64,000 bases of DNA, from positions 186,001 to 250,000 of the IMG/VR virus record IMGVR_UViG_3300034072_000758; one strand, written 5' to 3'. Under the pieces are notes generated by a model. That model was given only the letters and a program-made list of their open reading frames with translations. It did not search any database and was not told the origin of the DNA. Below are positions 37,541 to 47,001 of the stretch, piece after piece. The position numbers and the translations under genes are program-made. Within the stretch, counting starts at the first letter, position 1. Each line of letters begins with the position of its first letter.

Positions 37541-39596
37541 TCGCTAAAGACTTAAGGGTGGCCGCATATCCATCGAGCGCCGGGTCAACTTCTTCCTCGT
37601 CTTCCTGCCGATCTCTATCAATATTTTTCATTAACTCTGAAAGGAACTTTGGATCAATATAGAATGGTATATTGAATTTATCGGCATAGGCTTTTGTGTC
37701 AATGATGATTTCGATGACTTTCTTATATGAAATAATTTGACGCCATTGATCACCACGAATTTCGATCTTTTTCACGTAACGATTGAAATTTTTTATGTCG
37801 CCTATGACGAACTCTTCGGACCACGTGAATGATCGTCCGTGTCGATCACCGCGTATGTCTGGGACCATAGCACCCTCTGGGCGGTCTCGATTAGCAAAGA
37901 CACGTTCTCCATCGACCGGGATTATTTTGTGTCTCTGGGCCAACTTGGTGTGATCCATAGTCAAGAGGATAATTGAACCATGATCCAGACGTGGATTTCT
38001 AGTGAAGCTGTTCCCTTTCACGTTTCCTAAACCGGGAATGTTGTGAACCCAACGTGCTTCCATTGTGTTGTTGGAAAAGGTCGCTTCGCCTTTGTGGCTG
38101 TCCATAAAATGATAGAGAGGATAGTCACGACCTTCGGTCAGGGATTCGGTTACAGGCTCGTTCAGGTACATATGAACGGCTTTCACGAACTCCCGCGCGG
38201 CCTTTTTGAAATTGAACATCCCAACTTTGTTGCGTATTTTTTCGAAGAATACCGCTGGGCTGAATTTAAGGTCGAATGCCCCCCATTCGATGATCGTTGG
38301 CTTACCGATACCCAGATATGCTTTGATGGCCGCTGAGAACTCTTCCTTGCGCCTTGTTGCGATCCTCTTGGCAGCTTTTTCATCACCAAACTTCGAAAGG
38401 AAGATATGAGCGTGGGAAATAATCATCGGATAGAACTCTACGTTCTGATTATGGTACTCGTCATCTGTGTCAATTTGTCTAGCATCCTTATCGGCATACT
38501 GTAAATATTGAACAGCGTGAGCCAACTCGTGTTCAATCGTACCACGGAGATTTCTTATTCCTCTGTTGAATACACTCGTAATGTAGTTCGTAATATGACC
38601 CGGCTTATAAAGAATAGAGTCAGTATCGATTGCCCCTTCGTTGAGATCGAATATGTTACTCAGAACAAGATGTATTGTTTTAGTTTTAATGATGTATTGT
38701 CCGCGATAAGTATTCTTCTTTTCTCGATCAACAGTCATCACTAACGTAATTGGATGACCGTTTATTTCTCCGATGTCAGAGTTCTCCCAAAAACCATATG
38801 CGGGTGGGGTGTGGGACAGATCGACATTGGTAATTTTGTATAAGTTGAGAATTTTAGAAAGCTCTTGACGGAAATTGTCGGTTGTCCCTTTGGCTTTATA
38901 CGCTTTGGCGGTCAATATTGAATTGACGTATTCGATATATGATCTAACAGCATAAAGCTCAATGTTCTTCATCAAGTTCTTTGGAACCTTGATGACACCT
39001 TCCGATACGTATTTCTTTGGACGATAAACATAAGACATTCCCCCGGTCTTCTCTAACCAAGGGAACTTACCGAAGAATTTGTCGTTGACAACCTTGTAGA
39101 CTTCGATGCCGATACCTTTTTCGTCGGCAATTTCTTTCAGGAGGTTCATGATCTTTGAACCAAGTCCTGACCCAGCATCCTTTACAAGGATTTCAGATAG
39201 GCCGATCTTATCTTTCAAAAAGGTAGCGTCTAGGAATACGCGCCAGCCATCCCCGCCTAGAATATACCCATCGCCTGAGAAGATCATTTGCGACGTTTCC
39301 CAATCTGGCTCTTTAGCCTGTTTGGAAAAAGTCGCCCCCAATTTATCACGCAAAATCGACGCCAGATACGGTACTAAAAAATGTTGTGGTGGTTTTCCAT
39401 CTTTCTCTTTCCACATATTCCAGATGCGCTCAACACGCTGATAAGTGGCTGTCCCCGGCGTTGATACATGATCAGCAAAGTCCTGTGCGGAAGAGAAACG
39501 CGGGGCCATATCAAAAAGATCATGAGCATCGATACCCGATCTCTTGTAACGAGGCAAAAGGTCTTCTAAGGATTCGGTAAGCTCACTATAACGCAT
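37536..39596 (-). CDS. multidomain polyvalent protein (GNAT-like, zincin HExxH, C-terminal ART-like module)
   Basis: MRYSELTES start; GSGLGSKIM; EHELAHAVQ; YVSEG and LTESLTEG junctions; GRDYPLYH module shared with 39618-40277. Confidence 0.75.
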   Translation of the reverse strand: MRYSELTESLEDLLPRYKRSGIDAHDLFDMAPRFSSAQDFADHVSTPGTATYQRVERIWNMWKEKDGKPPQHFLVPYLASILRDKLGATFSKQAKEPDWETSQMIFSGDGYILGGDGWRVFLDATFLKDKIGLSEILVKDAGSGLGSKIMNLLKEIADEKGIGIEVYKVVNDKFFGKFPWLEKTGGMSYVYRPKKYVSEGVIKVPKNLMKNIELYAVRSYIEYVNSILTAKAYKAKGTTDNFRQELSKILNLYKITNVDLSHTPPAYGFWENSDIGEINGHPITLVMTVDREKKNTYRGQYIIKTKTIHLVLSNIFDLNEGAIDTDSILYKPGHITNYITSVFNRGIRNLRGTIEHELAHAVQYLQYADKDARQIDTDDEYHNQNVEFYPMIISHAHIFLSKFGDEKAAKRIATRRKEEFSAAIKAYLGIGKPTIIEWGAFDLKFSPAVFFEKIRNKVGMFNFKKAAREFVKAVHMYLNEPVTESLTEGRDYPLYHFMDSHKGEATFSNNTMEARWVHNIPGLGNVKGNSFTRNPRLDHGSIILLTMDHTKLAQRHKIIPVDGERVFANRDRPEGAMVPDIRGDRHGRSFTWSEEFVIGDIKNFNRYVKKIEIRGDQWRQIISYKKVIEIIIDTKAYADKFNIPFYIDPKFLSELMKNIDRDRQEDEEEVDPALDGYAATLKSLAK

Positions 39597-39600
39597 CCTT

Positions 39601-39612
39601 TATTTATAAATA
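39601..39612. promoter_or_regulatory. palindromic bidirectional T4-type late promoter
   Basis: TATTTATAAATA gives TATAAATA on both strands, 4-5 nt from the divergent ATGs. Confidence 0.8.
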
Positions 39613-39617
39613 TTGAA

Positions 39618-40277
39618 ATGGATACTTGGGATGAAAGACTTAAAGCTCTGAACGAAGCATTGCTGAACGAAGGACGTGATGCGCCTTTGTTCCATTGGAC
39701 AAGGGAACAATCGTTATTCAATATAATATCAAGTGATTATTTGACGGCTAATCCTAGTAATGTTCCGATGGGCGTTAGCACTTCACGAAATCTGAATACT
39801 ATATTTTTTAACAATAGATTCGCGGTTCTTATTCTTAACCAGTCAAAGTTGGCTCAACGATATAAAATAGTACCTTTATACGGTGATAGCCCGGTTCAGA
39901 TGCGCGCCAATGAGCAAGAGGAACGCATCATTACCGCAAAATTGGATGATGTTCATAAGTACATCACCGCAATTGGTATTGACAGCAGCGTCTTAGCCTA
40001 TGGTTCTAAAGAATTAAGTGATGTTGTGAGTGATAGCTGGCAACTGGTCGGTGTGATGCTTCTGGCAGCATACGCGACCAAGCACCATATCCCCATCGTA
40101 GACAAGAAGTCTATCAGCAAGAATGGCGCTTGGTCTAAAGACATAACGGCAGAAATCAAAGCAGTAGCTAAGAAAATCAAAGCCGTGTGGGACGCAGAAG
40201 AACCGGAAGATCGCACGAGCAATCTTCTGTCAAACTTTAATTATCAGAAGGATATTCTTAGTCCTTCGGATAAGTAA
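39618..40277 (+). CDS. putative head-internal protein, paralogue of the C-terminal module of 37536-39596
   Basis: LLNEGRDAPLFH..STSRN..LNQSKLAQRYKIVP..EQEERI. Confidence 0.75.
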   Translation: MDTWDERLKALNEALLNEGRDAPLFHWTREQSLFNIISSDYLTANPSNVPMGVSTSRNLNTIFFNNRFAVLILNQSKLAQRYKIVPLYGDSPVQMRANEQEERIITAKLDDVHKYITAIGIDSSVLAYGSKELSDVVSDSWQLVGVMLLAAYATKHHIPIVDKKSISKNGAWSKDITAEIKAVAKKIKAVWDAEEPEDRTSNLLSNFNYQKDILSPSDK

Positions 40278-40563
40278 ATCCGAAACCATCGTCGCCCCAG
40301 AACTTCGCATAGAAGTCCCACTGAGCCTTGTCAGTCGTGTCAAGAACCACGACCTTTTCGGTTTCGGCACGAAGAGTCGTGTTGGTCGAAATCATGGCCA
40401 TGTTGCTGGCCTTGTCGCCGCGAATCTCAGCGTAACGATGATTGCCGCCGCGTTCAGCCATACCACGCAGCGCTGCTTGCGCGTCACAGGACGCCCTATC
40501 CAGAATGATGATGTTAAGACCCGGTTTGTTCAGGTCAACGGTAAGATAGTGAAAACCGCTCAT
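40258..40563 (-). CDS. hypothetical protein
   Basis: AGGAG RBS and a promoter upstream. Confidence 0.75.
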   Translation of the reverse strand: MSGFHYLTVDLNKPGLNIIILDRASCDAQAALRGMAERGGNHRYAEIRGDKASNMAMISTNTTLRAETEKVVVLDTTDKAQWDFYAKFWGDDGFGFTYPKD

Positions 40564-40590
40564 ATTTTGTCTCCTATACAGTTTGAGACA

Positions 40591-40618
40591 AGAGTACCAC
40601 GAACAAAGTAATTGTCAA
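40591..40618 (-). promoter_or_regulatory. sigma70-like early promoter
   Basis: TTGACA-N16-TACTCT. Confidence 0.65.
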
Positions 40619-40619
40619 G

Positions 40620-41102
40620 CTACTTTGCGATATACATTTTAAGCCACATCAATTCATCTTCAATATCTGTGAACCGGCCAGTAACACGGAAATCATCTTC
40701 GTCGGCAATGACGCACAATATATGATCTTCACCCGTGGCATCCTTACAAATGAGTAGGTGTTTAATCCGCTCATGGCGTGAATACCATGAATGAAAAGTT
40801 AAGAATATCTTATATTCAAAAGACTTGCTTTTGAAAAGCAATATGGCCTTACTGGTATAGGAAGCATCCTGAACCAGTTTGAACTTATATGTTGTGCCGA
40901 AAATTTCCAACACTCGTTCGCTATGCTGAACACGAACCTTACCATGCTTGGTATCATGGCGGTAAAATTGAGTGTACTTCACTTCCCCGGCGCGCTGATA
41001 CAAATCGAGAATGACATCCATCTTGATGCCATGCTTTTCCAACTTATCTTTGATTTGAAAGTTGTGAGCGTTTGGATTCTTGATCTTCTTTGGCTTTTTC
41101 AT
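40620..41102 (-). CDS. CT-motif family protein
   Basis: Ends RFTDIEDELMWLKMYIAK. Confidence 0.8.
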   Translation of the reverse strand: MKKPKKIKNPNAHNFQIKDKLEKHGIKMDVILDLYQRAGEVKYTQFYRHDTKHGKVRVQHSERVLEIFGTTYKFKLVQDASYTSKAILLFKSKSFEYKIFLTFHSWYSRHERIKHLLICKDATGEDHILCVIADEDDFRVTGRFTDIEDELMWLKMYIAK

Positions 41103-41476
41103 AGGATAGCCATTTTGATAAGTAACTCGTCCTTGATCTGTTCTTCTAAATCATCTTCGACCGTGACTAACAAAGATTCGTAAGGCATGAACTCCGCATC
41201 ACGATCAACATTATCACCAACCACGTCATAGAAGACACGATAAGCATAGCTTGTGTGCTCTGTCTTATACCATACGAAGACGGACAGGTATACTATCCTA
41301 CTGTTTTCTGCGGGTTCATCCGCTATGGTATATTCGATGTCGAAATTAGGCGTAGTGACCGTGAACCCAAAAAGATTTAATTCATCTTTCTTGGTGAATG
41401 TTGGGCTATTCGATAAGGAATTAAACCAACGCCGTTTCCGAAACACTTCATTATAAAGATATTCTTCGAACGTCAT
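41099..41476 (-). CDS. CT-motif family small protein
   Basis: Ends DLEEQIKDELLIKMAIL. Confidence 0.8.
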   Translation of the reverse strand: MTFEEYLYNEVFRKRRWFNSLSNSPTFTKKDELNLFGFTVTTPNFDIEYTIADEPAENSRIVYLSVFVWYKTEHTSYAYRVFYDVVGDNVDRDAEFMPYESLLVTVEDDLEEQIKDELLIKMAIL

Positions 41477-41856
41477 GCCACATACAACGTAAGAATCATC
41501 TTCGCATCCGAAAGCGCTTCGCTATTAAAAGTGTTCTCTACCGCCATGTAATCGATGTAACCAAGACAATCTTGGATGAAGGCGGTATCTTTGGTGAAAT
41601 AGTATTTGGACCGATAGACCATATTCTCTTTGAACAGAGAGATTTCAAAGTGAATGATCTTAAACCCGCGCCGTTTGATAGTCACGATCATAGACAGATC
41701 GGCGTCTGAGAATTTAGAGGTGCTGGACCATTCCGCACCGGGGCCTCGGCTTCGTGCTGCGTCATTCACATCAGACGAGTTTTCCATCTTCTTCGCCATA
41801 TCTAAAGCGATGAAGGTATCGAGCAAAAAATAAGAAAAGGTTGATGAATAATTCAT
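41473..41856 (-). CDS. CT-motif family small protein
   Basis: Ends FNSEALSDAKMILTLYVA. Confidence 0.8.
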   Translation of the reverse strand: MNYSSTFSYFLLDTFIALDMAKKMENSSDVNDAARSRGPGAEWSSTSKFSDADLSMIVTIKRRGFKIIHFEISLFKENMVYRSKYYFTKDTAFIQDCLGYIDYMAVENTFNSEALSDAKMILTLYVA

Positions 41857-42173
41857 TGCCCGAATATGACGATGTTCGTGATAAGGTCTTCCAGAATGTC
41901 TATATCATACTCATAATGAAAATCAACCGCTTTACCACGTAAACCCATGAACATTGTCGGTGGAGAAATTTCATAGGTAATGTAGGCTTTACCATGTGAC
42001 GAATGTATAATCACACAAGTGTATCCATGACCTTTGCTTCTGAGTTCAAGACTAGCGTTTATCTGCGGGAGTTCTAACGTTCCTATTGGATCGGTTATTG
42101 GCCCTGATCTATCAATTGTAAACAGATCAAGATTTTCTCTCACATATTCATAAAGGACTTCTGGGATTGCCAT
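41853..42173 (-). CDS. CT-motif family small protein
   Basis: Ends YDIDILEDLITNIVIFGQ. Confidence 0.8.
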   Translation of the reverse strand: MAIPEVLYEYVRENLDLFTIDRSGPITDPIGTLELPQINASLELRSKGHGYTCVIIHSSHGKAYITYEISPPTMFMGLRGKAVDFHYEYDIDILEDLITNIVIFGQ

Positions 42174-42271
42174 GACTAATAGTTAAACATAGTCCACATA
42201 ATTATGTCAAATACCATCTTGCGTCCCCTCAGACTTTGTTGTAGGGTCGTCAACTAAACCCATGAGGAACC

Positions 42272-43378
42272 ATGACTCCCGAATATCCCGAAGGCTTGAT
42301 TGAAGAGGCTATCGTCCACTTGCTGAACCGCAAGGGCGACAAGCTGTATGGTATCAAAAACCCTACGGACAAGATGATCATGGTCTCCCTGAATGGTAGC
42401 AAGGGGGCGTCGATCAAGCATGTCGAAACTCCGAAGCCGGAACATGCGGTCGAGGCTGTCAGACTCAATTTCGATAACATCAAGCTGATTTACAATTTCT
42501 CAGAAGAGACCAAAGAGGCGTTGCTTTATGAATGGCCGTCGAAGGTCATTCAAGAGCTTGGTGAGCGCGCGTTTACGACAGCGCAATTGGAACGTGCCAT
42601 CAAAATCAATCACGAATGTATCGAGCACATCCATGATGCTTCGGAAGAACTTCAACTGCTGGCACTTAAGTGTAGCCAATATGCTTGGACGAAGTTCCGC
42701 CCTAAAAATGTGACGATCAACGTGAAGCTGGAAATCTTTGCGCGCAATCGCTATGATGCGCTCGAAGAAACTCTTCAAAGACTGCGCACGAACAACGATC
42801 ATTACATCAGCCGTCGCCAGATGCTCGATGTTGATTGTCAGTACGGCGAGCAAATTATGCGTGGCGATAGCCAGTATAAGATGATTCGCTTCATCACGAA
42901 CCCGACTGTTAAACAACAATTGGCGTTCGCTGAACGTTTCTTGAAATACTTGAAGCATGAGCGTCACGACATTTCGAATGTTCGTAAGTTCATTAAAGCT
43001 CGTGCTCTGTGTCTGGAAGTCGCTCAAATGGTCCTTGCTGATTTTCCGCGCGCCTTTGATGATACCGAGTATCTTTCGGCCACCGCCGAAGATATACAAA
43101 TAGCCCGTATTCGAATTTCGCCCTCCGTGATTTCGTATGTGAAGTCACCATCTGAGAAGCTGGTGCGCATCGCGGCTGAGGTCGGTGGTATTAATGCTCT
43201 GATCAGCGTTAATCCAAAATGTATCCCAAGTGATCTTGTGGAAAAGTATTATCTTGATGTTGACGCAAAACTTGCTAGAAAGTTCTATCTAGCGACGGAT
43301 GACGATGACATCAAAATGCATTTGGCTGTCAAGTACAGCATCAAACCTCCCAAAGCGCGCAAAGGAGTCCCAGCGTGA
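42272..43378 (+). CDS. helical repeat protein (DUF4116-like) with CT-motif tail
   Basis: IKNPTDKM, IHDASEELQLLAL, ITNPTVKQQLA, VKSPSEKL; TDDDDIKMHLAVKYS near the end. Confidence 0.75.
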   Translation: MTPEYPEGLIEEAIVHLLNRKGDKLYGIKNPTDKMIMVSLNGSKGASIKHVETPKPEHAVEAVRLNFDNIKLIYNFSEETKEALLYEWPSKVIQELGERAFTTAQLERAIKINHECIEHIHDASEELQLLALKCSQYAWTKFRPKNVTINVKLEIFARNRYDALEETLQRLRTNNDHYISRRQMLDVDCQYGEQIMRGDSQYKMIRFITNPTVKQQLAFAERFLKYLKHERHDISNVRKFIKARALCLEVAQMVLADFPRAFDDTEYLSATAEDIQIARIRISPSVISYVKSPSEKLVRIAAEVGGINALISVNPKCIPSDLVEKYYLDVDAKLARKFYLATDDDDIKMHLAVKYSIKPPKARKGVPA

Positions 43379-45723
43379 GTTCAGCCGACATCAAGGACAT
43401 TCTGCCTGATTATTTCGAAGGCACCAAAGCTTCGGAATGGAAGCGCATGTCCAAGAAAAAAATCGATGGAAATGAAGTGCGCATCTTTGCGAACTCCGTT
43501 CACAATATCGAAGCACTGGTTATCGGCGACGGTGATGAAGTCCGCGAAGTCGGGCCGCTGTCGTTCACGATCATCAATGGGTCTTTGTGCTTCGCCCCCC
43601 TTCGTTCGCGCATCGCCTGTTCAGGCCCCGAAGGCGACAAGCATTACGAGTGGTTGCTTCGCAATCATTATAACATTGACATCGATAGCTTGGGTCTGGA
43701 AGAGAATCAAGAGAACGATTTTTCATTCGATGACGAAGATTTGGTCATTGAATCTCTTGAGGCGGCTGGCGCTGTCTTTACGCCGCATGAAGGCGAAGAG
43801 GACGAAGACGGGGATTTCGATCTTTCGTTCAAATACGACAAAAACGATCCGATCTATTTCTTCATCGGCCTGTATGAAGATGCCCTCGGTATGGTCGAAG
43901 ACGAAGACGGTATGGCGGCTACTCTGTCGATCTGCCCCAAGAGCTATTGGGATGCCAACAAGGCGATCCCTTCCGACCATGTGGTCGATTTCCTCGAAAC
44001 GACACTGAACGTTGATGTCACCGGCTTCGATGAAGTCTGTGAAAACATGATCATCGTCCCACGTCCAGCGGCGGCGGTCAAGCGTCACCTTGAAGCTCGT
44101 GGTCTTGTCTGGTTCCCCGATCTAGCCAAGGCTGGAAGTGGTCGAGAACCCGAAAACCTCGTTCATATCGACGTGAACGAAGAGGGCTATCATGGTCCCG
44201 AAGATGAAGCCCCCAAGGTTCTGGGGCCGTGGGAATCGATGTTGGCCTTTGTGTCGCCCATGACCCGCGAGCAAGTCCTCATGGACGATTACGGCCTTCC
44301 TGTCGAAGACATCGACTACGGCTTCAATGGTTCGACTGACAATGACGCCCGTTCTCAATGGAGCGGATTCGGCCTCCAATTCTATTTGGGTCGGCCAAAC
44401 CGTTCTATGCTGAAAGCGGTCGAGCAACTGTTCTATGACCTGATCGTGGAATACAAGGTCTTGTACCACTACAAGGACGATCTCTACATTTTCGATCACA
44501 ATGAAGCCGCGAAGGTTCTGTCGGATTTCCCGCGCATTGGTCCTCTCCCCCTGCGTGATCTGCTGGTCGAAATGATTACCAAGCGCACCAAAGCGGTTAT
44601 TGAGCCGCGTCTTTGGGCTGACGTGTTGTCGTCTGACATCAAGGTCGAAGGGTTGTTCGAAATTTCGGTCGCGGAAGGTGAACCCGAAACCGCTGATGGT
44701 CTGTTTGCCTTGAAAGAAACAACCGACAAAATGTCGTCGGCTGAACGCGCTGAGTTCTCGAAAGAGTTCCCGGTAGTGATCGGCCCCAAAGATGGCTGGA
44801 AGACCAAGTGTAATGGCGACAAGCTGAAAGAGCTTTTTGCGGACCTTGATGGTATTCTGACTATCAATCATCGGGATTACGCTTCGTATCACATGTTCAG
44901 TGTGAAGCAAGCGAACATCATCTTCACTGATTTCCCGTCCGACCCTGAAACCATCGTCAATCAGGTGTGGGAACTGGTGAATAAGCGTCTGACCGGATCA
45001 TCAGCCTATACCTCCGGGGATATTCAGGGCTTTGCTGAGTTCCTTCGTGAGACCCCGGCTGCTGACTATAAGACCGAACCACAATATCTGGTTCAGCCCC
45101 CAGCCAAAGAACCGGAAATCGATACACAAGGTATCGATGATACCGACGACAATGACGAAGACGAGGACGAAACCCCGATCCCGGCCCCACGCCGCCCATT
45201 CTCGAATGAAGCGCTTGAGCACTTCTGTGAGCATACAGGCACCAAAGAAGTTGACTGGCGGGTTCGTTTCTTGGAAGTCGAAGAAAACCCACGATGGGAT
45301 TCCAAGACTTATCTGTTCCTGTACACATGGATTTGCCCGAACTTCAAACGTCCGAGCATCGAAATCCTGTATTCAGAAACGATTGACGCCAACGGCAACG
45401 TTGATTTCGATTGGCACGAAGTCGGCCCCATGTGCTATGGTGTGATTGAAGTTCCACCGGAGCACCGTAAGAGAGAGAATGCTAAGACGGTCGTAATGTT
45501 TATCACGGCGCGCCAAGTGGCCGAGAATGAACCACCATCGGATCAACACCTCAGTGGTGCTCTCAAGTGGTATTACGGTTTGGATACCGATGGTATCTTC
45601 AAAAATGAGTCTATGGAAAATAGCTTCTGGGTCAACCATCATATCGATGATGTCCGTGAATATTTGGACAGCTTGGGTATGCGCGAGAAACCCGATTTTC
45701 TCAAGGCCGATATGTACTTCTAA
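43375..45723 (+). CDS. large acidic protein with two types of internal repeat
   Basis: 782 aa, D/E-rich; repeats described in findings. Confidence 0.8.
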   Translation: MSSADIKDILPDYFEGTKASEWKRMSKKKIDGNEVRIFANSVHNIEALVIGDGDEVREVGPLSFTIINGSLCFAPLRSRIACSGPEGDKHYEWLLRNHYNIDIDSLGLEENQENDFSFDDEDLVIESLEAAGAVFTPHEGEEDEDGDFDLSFKYDKNDPIYFFIGLYEDALGMVEDEDGMAATLSICPKSYWDANKAIPSDHVVDFLETTLNVDVTGFDEVCENMIIVPRPAAAVKRHLEARGLVWFPDLAKAGSGREPENLVHIDVNEEGYHGPEDEAPKVLGPWESMLAFVSPMTREQVLMDDYGLPVEDIDYGFNGSTDNDARSQWSGFGLQFYLGRPNRSMLKAVEQLFYDLIVEYKVLYHYKDDLYIFDHNEAAKVLSDFPRIGPLPLRDLLVEMITKRTKAVIEPRLWADVLSSDIKVEGLFEISVAEGEPETADGLFALKETTDKMSSAERAEFSKEFPVVIGPKDGWKTKCNGDKLKELFADLDGILTINHRDYASYHMFSVKQANIIFTDFPSDPETIVNQVWELVNKRLTGSSAYTSGDIQGFAEFLRETPAADYKTEPQYLVQPPAKEPEIDTQGIDDTDDNDEDEDETPIPAPRRPFSNEALEHFCEHTGTKEVDWRVRFLEVEENPRWDSKTYLFLYTWICPNFKRPSIEILYSETIDANGNVDFDWHEVGPMCYGVIEVPPEHRKRENAKTVVMFITARQVAENEPPSDQHLSGALKWYYGLDTDGIFKNESMENSFWVNHHIDDVREYLDSLGMREKPDFLKADMYF

Positions 45724-45727
45724 GAAT

Positions 45728-45756
45728 GAAGGCCGGGAATACCCCGGCCTTCTTTT
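45728..45756 (+). terminator. intrinsic terminator
   Basis: GAAGGCCGGG/CCCGGCCTTC followed by TTTT. Confidence 0.8.
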
Positions 45757-45765
45757 GGGTTTATT

Positions 45766-46275
45766 ATGCATATGCTTCTCAACGCCCTGTTTTACGTGCC
45801 GATGACGATTGTAACGATTCTGATTTTGGTATGTGTCGTTTTGTGTGTTGTGCGGATACGATACGTTGAGAACTTTGCTTATATCCACCGCGAGGCATGG
45901 CGACGTAATCAGGAAGACACTAATTTAGACTGGTATAGAGGCGCAGCCAAGCATCTGTGGCTCTTACTCTTTGCTAAGAAGGTTGACGTAGATGTTAGCT
46001 TTCTGAACAAGTATATAACCACCGGGTCGTTGACTAATCTGCGTGAAACGAACGTGGTTTATTTTAAGCACTATTTCGTAAACAGCACAGCTTGTGACTA
46101 TGTGGAAATTCGGACTAACGAATGGTTCCTGACCAAAAGCCCGGTCCTACCCCACATGAGTATGCGGTCTATGCCGCCCGGTGAATGGCATAAGACGGTC
46201 ACTAAAGACTATTTTGTCTATGGTGATGTTGAGCAATTTGAAGAAGACATCATGAAGATGGCTCTGTTCATATGA
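45766..46275 (+). CDS. membrane-anchored CT-motif family protein
   Basis: N-terminal TM helix; ends GDVEQFEEDIMKMALFI. Confidence 0.8.
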   Translation: MHMLLNALFYVPMTIVTILILVCVVLCVVRIRYVENFAYIHREAWRRNQEDTNLDWYRGAAKHLWLLLFAKKVDVDVSFLNKYITTGSLTNLRETNVVYFKHYFVNSTACDYVEIRTNEWFLTKSPVLPHMSMRSMPPGEWHKTVTKDYFVYGDVEQFEEDIMKMALFI

Positions 46276-46796
46276 ACCTGATTGATAAAATTCAAGACGG
46301 TTGGTTCGCTTGGTTTCATGCGAATGATCGCTTCGCTCAATACATGGCTGCGAAGGCGCTCTACGTCACCAATTTCAATCACCCTCGTTTTACATACCCA
46401 CCCTTCCATCGCTGGAAAAATTTCAAAGATCGCCGGGACGAGATCACTTTTGAAAAAGTTTATACAGCGATAAATAAGCGCCCCAAGCGCCCACAATCGA
46501 TTGTGTGTAGAGAAGGTGACACTAAGTCTCTCGGTATCTCTCGGTTTGATGTAACGGATACCGATATAGTCATGGTGACTAATCTTGTAATGATCAAATC
46601 TGAGCTAAAGAAATACGATAAAGGCGACGAAGTACATCTTGCTATGTATTTTGAAAACAATGACTGGAAGTGCTCAATCACCCACACGACGATTGACTAT
46701 CATCGTCCAGTTACTATGTATGATGATCTCATGTTTGTTCAAGGAAATATAGACAAGTTCGAACAGGATATGATAACATTACTCCTTACTACTTGA
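46272..46796 (+). CDS. CT-motif family protein
   Basis: Ends GNIDKFEQDMITLLLTT, similar to its upstream neighbour. Confidence 0.8.
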   Translation: MNLIDKIQDGWFAWFHANDRFAQYMAAKALYVTNFNHPRFTYPPFHRWKNFKDRRDEITFEKVYTAINKRPKRPQSIVCREGDTKSLGISRFDVTDTDIVMVTNLVMIKSELKKYDKGDEVHLAMYFENNDWKCSITHTTIDYHRPVTMYDDLMFVQGNIDKFEQDMITLLLTT

Positions 46797-46807
46797 GGAA
46801 TAAAGTA

Positions 46808-46963
46808 ATGAATATGATCGTGCCTGTTTGCTATAAAATCGATTGGGATAAAGTAGAAACCCTAGAAGACTTGAAGAATATTGTCAAAGCACTTGAAATG
46901 CAGGTCTGGGACAACCATCCTAAGTTCGAAACTCTTAAAGAATATTTGGTTCCTAAGAATTAA
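46808..46963 (+). CDS. small hypothetical protein (51 aa, not in the ORF track)
   Basis: Translated by hand: MNMIVPVCYKIDWDKVETLEDLKNIVKALE...; GAGGA RBS. Confidence 0.6.
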   Translation: MNMIVPVCYKIDWDKVETLEDLKNIVKALEMQVWDNHPKFETLKEYLVPKN

Positions 46964-46965
46964 AA

Positions 46966-46995
46966 TTGACTTAGATACTTGTCATTTTCTATAAT
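46966..46995 (+). promoter_or_regulatory. sigma70-like promoter, probably giving a leaderless mRNA
   Basis: TTGACT-N18-TATAAT; ATG 6 nt later. Confidence 0.7.
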
Positions 46996-47001
46996 AGGCG
47001 A

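Noticed and set aside
44122-44910. 262-aa minus-strand ORF
   Set aside because: Antisense to the 782-aa gene, which has an RBS context, repeats and a terminator.
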